Shown here piece by piece: positions 1 to 13,747 of a stretch of DNA of 64,000 bases (position 1 is its first letter; every line of letters begins with the position of its first letter). The notes below the pieces were generated by a model. The model was not told the origin of the DNA and made no database searches. It saw only the letters and a list, made by a program, of their open reading frames with translations. Made by a program: the position numbers and the translations under genes. The stretch covers positions 3,038,001-3,102,000 of the forward strand of contig OZ024761.1 of assembly GCA_964016885.1 (NCBI GenBank). Direction: 5' to 3'. Origin of the DNA: Eledone cirrhosa (lineage: Eukaryota).

Positions 1-195
1 TCTGGTTGCAGAAAGAAACATTATAATGTTTCTATATAATTACCGAAAGAAAATAGTGTTTGGTTTGAAAGCTAGTACAAATATATAATAACAATGATGT
101 TGGAATGTTAATCTGCAGTTCTTTACAGATCCTTATATTTCGGGGAAATATCCTTTCATCAAATAGTTCGGAGCTATATTATTATTTTTTTTCGC

Positions 196-378
196 GGTGA
201 ATTGGCAGTATCGGTAGAGAGTCGGACGCCATGCTTTGCAGCATAGTTACGTCCCTTTACGATCTGAGTTCAAATCCCGCCGAGGTTAACTTTGCCTTTC
301 ATCCTTACGGGGTCGATAAAATAAAGTACCAGTAATGTACAGGGTAATTGCTGGCTTTGTGCCAAAAGTAGAAACAAT
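196..378 (+). mobile_element. tRNA-derived SINE family 1 (representative copy)
   Basis: A-box TGGCAGTATCGG, B-box GAGTTCAAATCCC, core GCCTTTCATCCTTACGGGGTCGATAAAATAAAGTACCAG (Nin/Deu-domain-like). Further copies near 10375, 11900, 14685, 46040 and 57940. Confidence 0.9.
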
Positions 379-909
379 TATTTTTTTTTTTTCGCTCTTA
401 AGCTGCCGTTTTTCTTTCTTTCCTTTTTTTAAATTCTTCCCTCTATCTCTTGATGAGCGGATTTTATCACCGAAATATAAGGACCTATACAGAGCTACAA
501 GGTAACTCTCCAACGTCATTATCATATTTTAAACATTTACTGTCCAATTTACGTTGTAGTAGCTTTCAAACAAAACTATTTTCTACACATTATTCAAGCA
601 AACTACAGCGCTATCTATATAACAACAGATGTTTATCAGAATATTTTTCCCCAGGAAAAAAAAGTGTTTGTTTGTAATTTTTTAAAAAATGTAGTGAAAT
701 TCATGGTCTTTGTTTTGATGTATAAAGTATTGAGAACAACAGACAAGAGCCCTTGATGTGCCTGTTCCGCCATCTTCCTTGCTGAATTGATGTAGCTCTA
801 TCACAAGAATTCACACTACATTAATTAAGCGAGTTCCATTATAATTCCCAGGATCTCTCTCTCTCTCTCTTTCTCTCTTTATCTCTCACTTTCTTTCTCT
901 TTCTCTTTC

Positions 910-999
<90 letters not shown>

Positions 1000-1131
1000 A
1001 GCGTTAAACTATAACTTACTTTCTTCGCGCCATTTTATTTTAATTTTTTTTTTAACAATTTTAACTGGTGCTTACTTTGCACCCTATATAGGTGTGTGTG
1101 TGTGTGTGTGTGTGTGCGTGTGTGTGTGTGT

Positions 1132-1189
<58 letters not shown>

Positions 1190-1224
1190 ATTTTGGGTTA
1201 TAGGTATATAAATCGCGAATACAA

Positions 1225-1345
1225 GCGGCCGGAGACCCAGAGGTAGACGCCGACCATGAATTTGGCTGGTCTTACTTGGGGATCCAGCCGGATGAGTGGG
1301 ATACGGTTGCTTCTGACAGGACCTGCCGGAGAGGGTGTTTGAGGA
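1225..1345 (+). mobile_element. RTE LINE 3' fragment
   Basis: Similar to 11695-11840 (TTGGGGATCCAGCCGGAT..TTCTGACAGGACCTGC). Confidence 0.7.
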
Positions 1346-1353
1346 CACACACA

Positions 1354-1387
<34 letters not shown>

Positions 1388-1621
1388 TGTGTGTGTGTGC
1401 GTGTGCGTATTGAACAGTGAAAATAAAACAAAAGTCAGAGATAAGTAGTTAATTAGTTAATTGTTTTACGGTCGTTTCAGAGGGTTGATTGATCGTGGTA
1501 GATCGATATATCAAATAGTACGGTAGTAGTTATATCGCTACCTGTTTCTAGTTTCGAAACCCCTGATCAAACTCACCGTCTTCCTCAGAAACTGTGTGTA
1601 TGTTTGTATGTATGTGTGTAT

Positions 1622-2070
1622 GCATCATCATCATCATCATCATCATCGCCGTTTTTACGTCCGTTCTTCCACGCTAGGATGGGTTAGACGGGTTGTCCTG
1701 TTGTGGGCAATGTCCGATCGGCTGACCTTGTCTTGCTCATACGGGAACTGATTCTGGCTTGATTTCTACAGCTGGATGCCCTTCCTAACACCAACCTCAT
1801 TTACAGTGTGGACTGAGTGCTTTTTTGCCGTGGCGCCTACACGTCCACTTTACAGTGAGTGCTGGGTGCTTTTTTGCCGTGGCACCTCCACGACCACTTT
1901 GCAGTGGAATGATAGGGACCCCAGTCCTATCATCTCATTTCTACAGCTGAGTGAACTGGATCAATGTGAAATAAAGAGTCTTGCTCAAGGAAACAACACA
2001 TCACCCGGTCCGAGAATTGAACTCACAACCATTCAATTACAAGCCCAATGCTCCAACCACTAACCCATGT
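1622..2070 (-). mobile_element. tRNA-derived SINE family 2 with (GAT)n tail
   Basis: Head GGTTAGTGGTT..GAGTTCAATTCTC and core TCCTTGAGCAAGAC (CORE/Meta-like). Related heads at 41047-41190, 57268-57540 and 27056-27085. Confidence 0.78.
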
Positions 2071-2089
2071 GTATATATGTGTGTGTGTG

Positions 2090-2159
<70 letters not shown>

Positions 2160-2170
2160 TATATATACAA

Positions 2171-2207
<37 letters not shown>

Positions 2208-2230
2208 TATATATACAAACATATATATAT

Positions 2231-2347
<117 letters not shown>

Positions 2348-2369
2348 CATATATATATACATATACATA

Positions 2370-2464
<95 letters not shown>

Positions 2465-2468
2465 ATAT

Positions 2469-2938
2469 AGTTATACTTTTGGAGGGTCATGTTGCCAATA
2501 AGAAACACACGCACCAGTTGTTTTCACTTCAATTTATTATAATAAATTTATAAATTTAGGAATTTATAAATTTCCGGTTGGTTGGTTGGTTCCACAACCA
2601 GATGGTTGTTTATATATTGTCAAAGTTCTTTCGTCACACATTCTGTGACCTCTTCAAGATGGCGTAGGACAGAACAAAGGAGAGGCACCAAAAACAAAGA
2701 AAAGAATCCCCAGTCACTGAAGAGGTCACATAATGTGTGACGAAAGAACTTTGACAATATATAAACAACCATCTGGTTGTGGAACCAACCAACCAACCGG
2801 AAATTTATAAATTCCTAAATTTATAAATTTATTATAATAAATTGAAGTGAAAGCAACTGGTGCGTGTGTTCCTTATTGGCAACATGACCCTCCCAGAGTA
2901 TAACAATATCGGTTTCAACACACGTTTTCAGATAAAGA
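2469..2938. mobile_element. Fold-back (inverted pLTR) non-autonomous family A element
   Basis: Arms about 2469-2656 and 2718-2903 are near-identical inverted copies of the PLE 3' end at 18694-18950. Confidence 0.9.
2712..2755 (+). ncRNA. Minimal type I hammerhead (family A, PLE pLTR)
   Basis: GTCA-CTGAAGA-G-GTCACA.TAATG.TGTGAC-GAAA-GAAC-TT-TGAC. Confidence 0.75.
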
Positions 2939-3827
2939 ATCTTATGTATGAGTGTGTGGCGCATTTTACGTATAAAGGTCGTGGCTATTCACCATTGTAC
3001 ACACACACAAACACATACACACACACACACACACGCAGACGCCTACACATACACCCACATACACATCTTCAACTGGAATGACACGCGTAATTATATTTCC
3101 TCTGTCCATTTGTAATTAACTTGAAGAAATGTAAAATTGACTTTAATTAAATAAACATCATTTTCTCCCTCAAACTCAGATAATTTCTGATGTGAGAAAT
3201 ATTTTTTCTTCTTCAAAGTCTTTAATGTAAAACCAAAACAGTTTAGAAATAAAATAAGACAATATTGTAAATATACTTTGTTAACATGTGTGCATGTTAA
3301 CATGTGGACATGTTAACATGTGGACGTGTTAACACACACACACATGCATATACACAGACACACATAGACACACACATACAGATACACACACGCAGTCACA
3401 TGCACACTCATACAGACACACACAGACTGTGTGCATGTTAACATGTGGACATGTTAACATGTGGACGTGTTAACACACACACACATGCATATACACAGAC
3501 ACACATAGACACACACATACAGATAACACACGCAGTCACATGCACACTCATACAGACACACACAGACAAACACAGACACACACAGGCATACACACACACA
3601 CACATACACACAGATACACACACACACATACTCATACACATACTCATACACATACACACACATACTCATACACATACACACTCATACACATATATTCATA
3701 TATATGTGTGTATTTAGGAATGAATATATCCATATTTATATACATGTATGTGTGTGTATATATATATACATATATATAAATAAAATAACAGGAGGCTGGA
3801 CTGGTGTAAATCCTTGAAAGGTTTATT

Positions 3828-3885
3828 ATACTATGATCATTTCAATGACCGGGTTCCATATGAATCCGGTGATATCATCAGGTAT
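3828..3885 (-). ncRNA. Type I hammerhead (family B, left arm of fold-back)
   Basis: Inverted copy of 4082-4139. Confidence 0.72.
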
Positions 3886-4081
3886 TGGAATATAACAAAG
3901 GAATATGTAAAAAGACATGGGTCCGAAAAATCAGAGACAGAGAGGACGGCTGACCAACTAGCCTCTCAGCCAGCCGCCCTAGCTGAGAAGCTAGTTGGTC
4001 AGCCGTCCTAGTTGGTCAGCCGTCCTCTCTGTCTGATTTTTCTGACCCATGGCTTTTTACATATTCCTTTGTTATATTCCA

Positions 4082-4139
4082 ATACCTGATGATATCACCG
4101 GATTCATATGGAACCCGGTCATTGAAATGATCATAGTAT
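4082..4139 (+). ncRNA. Type I hammerhead (family B)
   Basis: ATAC-CTGATGA-..ACCGG..CCGGT..-GAAA-T.GATC.A-TA-GTAT; palindromic loop 3. Confidence 0.75.
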
Positions 4140-4677
4140 AATAACACTTTCAAGGATTTACACCAGTCCAACCTCCTGTTATTTCATTTATAATTAACTC
4201 CGTACTCGCACCACCAACTACACAAACGAAGATGGGTGAACTGCACTGCGTTGAGTACTCTTCACAATATTACACCAGGTTTGACCATACGGAATGACCA
4301 GTTCTATCCAGTGGTGAACCAACAAACCTAAAGATATATATATATATATATACCTTAATGACTTTAGCTTTTAAAGAATCTCCCTTTTCTTTAATTCTAT
4401 CGACCATGACTGACCCCCCACTGATTTTATAGACACCTGTTAGCTTAAGAGAAACTTAATGACAAGGAATGGTATGCCATCCGGAACCTGTTTATAGAAT
4501 TCTGTCTGCCCTTGTTACTCTAAAAACATAAATAAATAAAAATAAACTATAGCTTTGTAGAATTAGCTTTTAATGAATTCCCTTTTCTATCAACCAATGA
4601 CCTGCACCCATCCCACTCCCCACCCTCTCCTACCACTTGTAGAGACCTATAAATACCATATTTATTTTTTGATACCC

Positions 4678-4728
4678 AGATTCCTGATGATTTCTAATGA
4701 ATGAAACAGTTCTAGTCCTGTAGAATCT
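4678..4728 (+). ncRNA. Type I hammerhead
   Basis: AGATTC-CTGATGA-T.TTC.TAAT.GAA.T-GAAA-CAG.TTCTAGTC.CTG-TA-GAATCT. Confidence 0.82.
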
Positions 4729-4784
4729 CATCTATATTAAAACTATATATATATATGTATAGGAATGTATATATCCATGAATGT

Positions 4785-4858
<74 letters not shown>

Positions 4859-5454
4859 ATTCACATATATATATATGTGTGTGTGTGTGTGGGAAGGAGA
4901 TATGTAATAGCAATAAGGAAACACACCAGAAACGGATTACATTCACCATAAACAGGTGATAACTGACATCTTGGATGGAAGTAGTGATCGTGAGACGTGG
5001 TAAACGGATAGATCTGGAGAGGGGCGAGAAGGAATAGGCAGAGGGGGAGGAGGAATAGGTAGGGAAGAGGACGGGGAGAGGGAATAGGCAGAGGGGGGGG
5101 AAGGAAGAGACAGGGAGGAGTAGGGGGAGAGAGGAGAAGGAATAGGTAGAAAGGGGGAGGGAGGAAGAAAGAAACAAAGAAAGGAAAGAAGGAAGGAATA
5201 GGCAGAAAGGAAGAGGGAAAGAAAGAAAGAAAACAAAAGAAAGAGAAGGGATAGTGAGAAGGGGACGGGGAGAGATAGAAATGTCCATCCGAGTGAAAGT
5301 AAATGCAATATAATGTAGTGACAACTTAAATAGACGTTGAAATATTTGGAGAAAATTGTTGGTGAGAAAACGTCAAGATGTCACTGAGATATAATAGAAC
5401 ATATTGGAAATAATCTACAATATAATCGTCGCCATTGTTATTGTCATTGTCGGC

Positions 5455-8400
5455 GTCATCATCACCATCACCACCACCACCACCATCACTACCATCACCA
5501 CCACCATCACCACCATCACCATCACCACCACCATCACCATCACCACCATCACCACCACAACCACCAACATTATCATCACCACCATCACCACCATCACCGC
5601 CACTATCATCATCACCACCATCATCACCACCACCACCATCACCACCATCACTACCATCACCACCACCATCACCATCACTACCATCACCACCACCACCACC
5701 ATCGCCACCATCACTATCATCACCACCACCACCATCACTACCATCACCACCACCACCACCACCACCATCACCACCACTATCATCACCATCACCACCACTA
5801 TCATCACCACCACCATCACCACCATCACCATCACCACCATCACCACCACCACCACTAACATTATCATCACCATCATCACCACCACCATCACCACCATCAC
5901 TACCATCACCACCACCATCACCACCACCACCATCACCACCACCATCACTACCATCACCACCACCATCACCATCACTACCATCACCACCACCACCACCATC
6001 ACCACCATCACTATCATCACCACCACCATCATCACTACCATCACCACCACCACCACCACCACCACCATCACCACCACTATCATCACCATCACCACCACTA
6101 TCATCACCACCACCATCACCACCATCACCATCACCACCATCACCACCACCACCACTAACATTATCATCACCATCATCACCACCACCATCACCACCACCAC
6201 CACCATCACTACCATCACCACCACCATCACCACCATCACCATCACCACCACCATCACCATCACCACCATCACCACCACAACCACCAACATTATCATCACC
6301 ACCATCACCACCATCACCGCCACTATCATCATCACCACCATCATCACCACCACCACCACCACCACCACCATCACTACCATCACCACCATCACCATCACTA
6401 CCATCACCACCACCACCACCATCACCACCATCACTATCATCACCACCACCACCATCACTACCATCACCACCACCACCACCACCATCACCACCATCACTAT
6501 CATCACCACCACCATCACTACCATCACCACCACCATCACCACCACTATCATCACCATCACCACCATCATCACCATCACCACCACCACCACCACCATCACC
6601 ACCACCACCATCACCATCACCACCACTATCATCACCACCACCATCACCACCATCACCATCACCACCATCACCACCACCACCACCACTAACATTATCATCA
6701 CCATCATCACCACCACCATCACCACCATCACCACCATCACTACCATCACCACCACCATCACCACCACCACCACCATCGCCACCATCACTATCATCACCAC
6801 CACCACCATCACTACCATCACCACCACCACCACCACCACCATCACCACCACTATCATCACCATCACCACCACTATCATCACCACCACCATCACCACCATC
6901 ACCATCACCACCATCACCACCACCACCACTAACATTATCATCACCATCATCACCACCACCATCACCACCATCACTACCATCACCACCACCATCACCACCA
7001 CCACCATCACCACCACCATCACTACCATCACCACCACCATCACCATCACTACCATCACCACCACCACCACCATCACCACCATCACTATCATCACCACCAC
7101 CATCATCACTACCATCACCACCACCACCACCACCACCACCATCACCACCACTATCATCACCATCACCACCACCATCACCACCATCACCATCACCACCATC
7201 ACCACCACCACCACTAACATTATCATCACCATCATCACCACCACCATCACCACCAACCACCACCATCACTACCATCACCACCACCATCACCACCATCACC
7301 ATCACCACCACCATCACCATCACCACCATCACCACCACAACCACCAACATTATCATCACCACCATCACCACCATCACCGCCACTATCATCATCACCACCA
7401 TCATCACCACCACCACCACCACCACCACCATCACTACCATCACCACCATCACCATCACTACCATCACCACCACCACCACCATCACCACCATCACTATCAT
7501 CACCACCACCACCATCACTACCATCACCACCACCACCACCACCATCACCACCATCACTATCATCACCACCACCATCACTACCATCACCACCACCATCACC
7601 ACCACTATCATCACCATCACCACCATCATCACCATCACCACCACCACCACCACCATCACCACCACCACCATCACCATCACCACCACTATCATCACCACCA
7701 CCATCACCACCATCACCATCACCACCATCACCACCACCACCACCACTAACATTATCATCACCATCATCACCACCACCATCACCACCATCACCACCATCAC
7801 TACCATCACCACCACCATCACCACCACCACCATCATCACCACCATCACTATCATCACCACCACCATCACTACCATCACCACCACCACCACCACCATCACC
7901 ACCACTATCACCACCACTATCATCACCATCACCACCATCATCACCATCACCACCACCACCACCACCATCACCACCACCACCATCACCATCACCACCACTA
8001 TCATCACCACCACCATCACCACCATCACCATCACCACCATCACCACCATCACCATCATCACCACCACCATCACCACCATCACTACCATCACCACCACCAT
8101 CACCACCACCACCATCATCACCACCATCACTATCATCACCACCACCATCACTACCATCACCACCACCACCACCATCACCACCACTATCATCACCATCACC
8201 ACCATCACCACCATCACCATCACCACCATCACCACCACCATCACCACCACCACCATCACCATCACCACCACTATCATCACCACCACCATCACCACCATCA
8301 CCATCACCACCATCACCACCACCACCACCACTAACATTATCATCACCATCATCACCATCACCATCACCACCATCACTACCATCACCACCACCATCACCAC

Positions 8401-8583
8401 CACCACCACCACCACCATCACCACCATCACTATCATCACCACCACCATCACTACCATCACCACCACCACCACCATCACCACCACTATCATCACCATCACC
8501 ACCATCATCACCATCACCACCATCATCATCACCATCACCACCACCACCACCATCATCTCCACCATTACCATCACCATCACCAT
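5455..8583. repeat. 3.1 kb (CAC/CAT)n trinucleotide array with higher-order duplications
   Basis: Marker ACAACCACCAACATTATC near 5557, 6277 and 7337. Marker ACTAACATTATC near 5854, 6154, 6685, 6928, 7213, 7745 and 8330. Confidence 0.97.
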
Positions 8584-8599
8584 GGTCCTCATTGGTAAC

Positions 8600-8833
8600 T
8601 AGTGGTAAGATGGTTGGTGGTAGTTTCTATACGATCGTTACTGGCTGTTTTTTTGTGTTTAAATAAAAAAGTGTGTTTTAATGAGTTTATTTGTACTTAA
8701 AGCTTGTAGGAGAGGTATTTTACGGCTTAAACTATGGAAACAACGGCTGCCTTTATGGTCTCTCTGTATCACAGATTTTCATTATCGCGGTTGGTTCTGT
8801 GACGTATCCCCCGCGATAAACAGAGGATTACTG
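8600..8833. mobile_element. Tigger/pogo-like MITE remnant (one terminus)
   Basis: Ends ATCGCGG..CCCCGCGATAAACAGAGGATTACTGT, resembling CAGTAATCCCTC-type TIRs. Partner end not found. Confidence 0.45.
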
Positions 8834-9005
8834 TGTATATATATGTCTTTAATATGTCTTTAATATGTCTTTAATCTTTGTATGTATATTGCCATGCTAT
8901 ATTATTATAATGGATGTCAACCCACTGTGCGTCAATATATAGATATGTTTCTATATGTCTCTTGTGTTGGAAAGTAGGTCAAGGATGTAAAAAATCATTG
9001 AAAAA

Positions 9006-9054
9006 TTGCTCCGAAGATTCCAAACCGCGGTTTGGAAGAAACAATTGTAAGCAA
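9006..9054 (+). ncRNA. Type I hammerhead with U4C core variant
   Basis: TTGCT-CCGAAGA-TTCCAAACC.GC.GGTTTGGAA-GAAA-C.AATT.G-TA-AGCAA. Confidence 0.75.
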
Positions 9055-9085
9055 ATAAATGATTTAAACAGAACTTTGATTCATG

Positions 9086-9121
<36 letters not shown>

Positions 9122-9890
9122 GAGAAGATCTGCAAGGTGAAACTTTTGTTCTCGGTATGGTGAACTAACTGTTGTGATCCTACTTATATATATTCATTTC
9201 TCACTATCTAATTTTATATTTTTTTAAATTTATTTTTATTATCTTTTATTGTCTCCTACTCTCATTCGATTTACCTATTCTATAACCTGCCTCCTCCACT
9301 TCATACACTATCCTTAGAATCTGCTGTATACATATCAATTTCAACGCTTGACCGCTCCACTCACTCCCCTAATGTTCTACAGGCAAGTTCATCCACCCTA
9401 CCTCCAACCAAATGTCATGATAGACTTATTTGTGTTTACAACAAAGTTTAACCAAATCTCTTGACAACTACAATCTTCCCATATAAGGAAGTACCCCCTT
9501 GAACAGTTCGGCTATTTATTCACCAGGCTAAGAATTCTAATTTAGTCCAGAAATAGCCGTCGAAACGGCTTGAGCTCTTCCGTCGGGGTCATACTTTTTC
9601 CTATATATATATATATATTCTGCCAGATCTGATAGTATCAACACAGCGTAACTTTCGACCCTGAATTGACTGCTTCCCTCTCATGCCGTTGATATAACTG
9701 GTACAGAGATGTCACCAATCTGACCGTACATAGTCACGTGTTTGCACTATAACCCAGCTTTCATACATAGGCACTGAGCTGACAGCCGCAGGTGTGAGCT
9801 AGTTGGAATGGCTCTTCCAGCGCCATTCTCCATTCTGTCCGCCGGGCTGTGGGGAGGCCAGCACGTGGGACCCCATTTGCTCACCATACG

Positions 9891-10118
9891 GAGAGATGGG
9901 GAGGGCGAGAAAGATGGAGGCGATGACAGTGGGAGTTCGGCTCTTCCGTGTTCGGACCTGGTGTACATGAGAGAGATGGGGAGGGCGAGAAAGATGGAGG
10001 CGATGACAGTGGGAGTTCGGCTCTTCCGTATTCGGACCTGGTGTACATGAGAGAGATGGGGAGGGCGAGAAAGATGGAGGCGATGACAGTGGGAGTTCGG
10101 CTCTTCCGTGTTCGGACC
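9891..10118. repeat. 80 bp tandem repeat, about 2.8 copies
   Basis: Units start at 9891, 9971 and 10051. Confidence 0.95.
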
Positions 10119-10539
10119 ATATCCTTGTGGTTGTATTTAATGTAGTTGTGTATTACAAACTACATTATTTAACGCGACCTATTTGATAACTTTATAGCAT
10201 TGGATCACCCTGTTGTGATAGTATTCAGGCTATCAAGGAACTATCATGTACCCGGACAATTTCGGGTAGAACTGTTTCGCAACATTCTGTGAAGGGAATT
10301 ACGGGTGTGATGAACAAAGGTGAGACAGAAATGTATCTGAGTTATCAACTCATTATTACTATCATCTCTTTTATAACGCCAAATCCCGCCAAGATCATTT
10401 TTACCTTTCATTCTTCCGTGGGGGTAGGAGGGAGAGTCGATAAAATACCAGTTATATACGAGGGTCGATATATTCCACTTCCTCCATTCCCTTCCATTTT
10501 AAAATGTTTGACCTTGTACCTAAATTAGAAAGCATTTTA

Positions 10540-11880
10540 ACATGTGGTTAGAAAGTCTCAGGAAAAAATCACTGGACATATTTGTAGCTTGGAGATCAGA
10601 GAGTCACTCCAGTAGAGTCGTTATTTCTCCGAATTGAGAGATCAGAGCTCCGATATTATGGGAATGTGGTTAGAATATCTCAGGAAAGAATCTCTGAATT
10701 CAGATATCACAGCTCTGATATTATGGACATATGGTTAGAATGTCTCAGGAAAGAATCTCTGAATTCAGAGGTCACAGCTCTGATATTATGGACATATGGT
10801 TAGAATATCTCAGGAAAGAATCTCTGAATTCAGAGATCACAGCTCTGATATTATGGACATATGGTTAGAATGTCTCAGGAAAGAATCTCTGAATTCAGAG
10901 ATCACAGCTCTGATACTATGGACATGTGGTTAGAATGTCTCAGGAAAGGATCTCTGAATTGAGAGATCACAGCTCTGATACTATGGACATGTGGTTAGAA
11001 TGTCTCAGCAAAGAATCTCTGGATTTAGATATCACAGCTCTGATACTATGGACATGTGGTTAGAATGTCTCAGGAAAGGATCTCTGAATTGAGAGATCAC
11101 AGCTCTGATACTATGGACATGTGGTTAGAATGTCTCAGCAAAGAATCTCTGGATTTAGATATCACAGCTCTGATACTATGGACATATGGTTAGAATGTCT
11201 CAGGAAAGGATCTCTGAATTGAGAGATCACATCTCTGATACTATGGACATGTGGTTAGAATGTATCAGGAAAGGATCTCTGAACTGAGAGATCACAGCTC
11301 TGATACTATGGACATGTGGTTAGAATGTCTCAGCAAAGAATCTCTGGATTTAGATATCACAGCTCTGATACTATGGACATGTGGTTAGAATGTCTCAGGA
11401 AAGGATCTCTGAACTGAGAGATCACAGCTCTGATACTATGGACATGTGGTTAGAATGTCTCAGCAAAGAATCTCTGGATTTAGATATCACAGCTCTGATA
11501 CTATGGACATGTGGTTAGAATGTCTCAGGAAAGAATCGCTGGACAGATTTGTAGCTCTGAGATCAGAGAGTCTCTCCAGGTAGAGCTGCTACTTCTCTGA
11601 ATTGAAAGATCACAGCTCCGATACTATGGGTGTAAGGTTAGTATGTCTCAGGAAAGAATCGCTGGACAGATTTTATGGGCAAAACCAATCAACTGGCAGG
11701 AGACCCAGGTGTAGACCTCGAGCAAGATAGTTGGATAACATCCATGAGCTTGGCTGGTCTTGCTTGGGGATCCAGCCAGATCAGTTGGAGATGGTTGGTT
11801 CTGACAGGACCTGCTGGGGGGGGGGGAGTGTTTTAGGACTCTGTCCCCATGACCCTCTCAGGAATAAGTAGGTGAAGGAG
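10540..11880 (+). mobile_element. RTE-clade LINE 3' end carrying an internal tandem array
   Basis: Reads RIERSQLRYYGHVVRMSQER-like, then RPRCRPRARxLDNI-like 3' sequence shared with 1225-1345 and 15490-15690. Confidence 0.8.
10631..11540 (+). repeat. 65 bp minisatellite, about 14 copies
   Basis: Unit GAATTCAGAGATCACAGCTCTGATATTATGGACATATGGTTAGAATGTCTCAGGAAAGAATCTCT; starts at 10631, 10696, 10761 and onward. Confidence 0.95.
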
Positions 11881-12697
11881 AAAAGAAGAATTATAAGGCG
11901 TCGTATTTGGCCGAGCCGTTAGAATGATTTACAGTATTCGTTCTAGCTCTCTGCCTTCTGAGTTCAAATTCCACCTTGGTCAGGGTTGTCTTTCATTCTT
12001 TCGGGGTCAATAAAATAAGATACCAGTCTAATACTGGGGCCGATTCTTCCTCTATATGTCTTTCCCATTTCCTTACAATCACTCTCATTTCTACTCTGGA
12101 AGAAATCGGCTTTGTTTACACCTGGAGAGGGAGAGATGAGCTCCACCTGGTTTAAAATGCCCAATAAACACCACCGTATGTCACTACAGAGACGCTACAC
12201 CTCCACCATGAATTACAGATTCATACAGACGTATTAGAAACGTAGACAAACTAACAAAAAGGGGACAAGACAACGAACGAAAAACAATTTTTTTAAAGGG
12301 GAAAACTTTAAAAAATAAAAATACAAACGAAAGACACAGAACTCAAGAATCATCTGCCGCTGAGATGGACTTTGGCAGTTTCGACCCCTACCAACGGTAC
12401 TGCTGGTTCACCTGGAGGTCACAGCGTCTGACACAAGCCAAAACGCTGCCCATGGAGTAAAAGACAAGACAAAACAATAATTTAAAGCAGTGAAGCTATA
12501 ACATAGAACGTGACGTCAGGGAAAATGTATTGTGATTTTATAGCACGAGAGTCTCGTGAAACGAAGAAAGAAAGCACTTTCGCCCCTTATTAATTATCAG
12601 TTGGTTCTATATAAACAGTTGCAGTGTATTTTCCCTTGATAAGTACTTGTATGAAATGTTTTCTATCAAAAAAAGCACATCGGGAGGAAACAGCAAT

Positions 12698-12743
12698 AAT
12701 CACTAAAGATGTCACAGAAATGTGTGACGAAAGAACTTTGATT
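12698..12743 (+). ncRNA. Family A-like hammerhead, core mutated (CTAAAGA)
   Basis: AATCA-CTAAAGA-T-GTCACA..TGTGAC-GAAA-GAAC-TT-TGATT. Confidence 0.6.
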
Positions 12744-12807
12744 AATTATATTTATATTCATATGTTTAACTGTTGGTCAATTAATGATGAATATTGATAA
12801 GCAGGTA

Positions 12808-13524
12808 CGTTTGGAAGTATATACTTTACTTATGCATATTAACGGCTGAGCAGCCTAATTTGCATATCGAGTGAGTTAGTCGGCCAGGCGCATCGAAAAC
12901 GATAAATGGAAAAGAATGAGACGAAATTTCATTTCTCACTCTTAGTACGGCTGATACCTAAATATAAGTATGTATACGTACATACATATATGTGTACAGA
13001 CGTACAGTAGTATGTATATATATACATACATGCACACATATATATATGTACGTATGGGTTTACCGAACATTTATTATAATGTTCGGCTTGTTTGTCGGTG
13101 CGCCCGGCCGACTAACTGACTCGATATGCAAATTAGGCTGCTCAGCTGTTAATATGCATAAGGAAAGTATATACTTTCAAACGTTCAATCATCTGACAGA
13201 AAAGTATACGATGCTGACGATAGCTAATAAGCTTGAAACTAGTACATCGTTCTTGTATCAGTGTTGAACAAAAGGGCAACGATGGTTGCCGAGCATTGTA
13301 CGGTTTAATTCGGGCTGTTTGTTTACAAACAAACCGAGCATTATAATAAATGTTCGGTAAACCCATACGTACATATATATATATATCTGTGCACGTATGT
13401 ATATATATACATACTATTGTACGTCTGTATACATATATGTATGTACGTATACATACATACATACTTACATTTAAGTAACTGCCGTACTAAGAGTGAGAAA
13501 TGAAATTTCGTTTCATTCTTTTCC

Positions 13525-13530
<6 letters not shown>
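12808..13530. mobile_element. Interlocked inverted-repeat HHR element; relative at 48900-49365
   Basis: 12808-12898 pairs with 13089-13184, and 12903-13095 pairs with 13324-13530. Ends in (TA)n. Confidence 0.85.
13208..13250 (+). ncRNA. Minimal type I hammerhead
   Basis: ACGATG-CTGACGA-T.AGCT.AATA.AGCT.T-GAAA-CTAG-TA-CATCGT; palindromic loop 3. Confidence 0.87.
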
Positions 13531-13599
<69 letters not shown>

Positions 13600-13747
13600 G
13601 TGTGGGTGTGTATGTATAACATGTATATATAAGAATGTTTATATAATTGTGTGTTTGATCGGAAGAAAGGTGAATTTAATTGTAGAATTATTGGAATTAA
13701 CTGCAGTTGATGATTGGTTGTCACTGTTATCATCACCTTTGTCTCTT

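Larger units (their letters stand above)
3780..4190. repeat. Fold-back element, arms about 190 bp, HHR in each arm
   Basis: 3783-3970 is the reverse complement of about 3982-4185. Confidence 0.9.

Noticed and set aside
1545-1592. Minus-strand CTGAGGA...GAAACTAG hammerhead candidate
   Set aside because: UH site and stem I register do not fit cleanly; at best a decayed copy.
5326-8602. ORFs of 600-1088 aa (poly Val/Met, Gly/Asp, Thr/Ile, Pro/Ser, His)
   Set aside because: Open in nearly all frames because the (CAC/CAT)n array lacks stops; no domain or splice evidence.
9840-9890. WPPHSP resembling the Tc1/mariner WPPxSPDL motif
   Set aside because: No catalytic Asp and no flanking transposase similarity.
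13063-13086. Hairpin loop as a CRESS/geminivirus-type replication origin
   Set aside because: Loop does not match the NANTATTAC nonamer and no Rep gene is linked.
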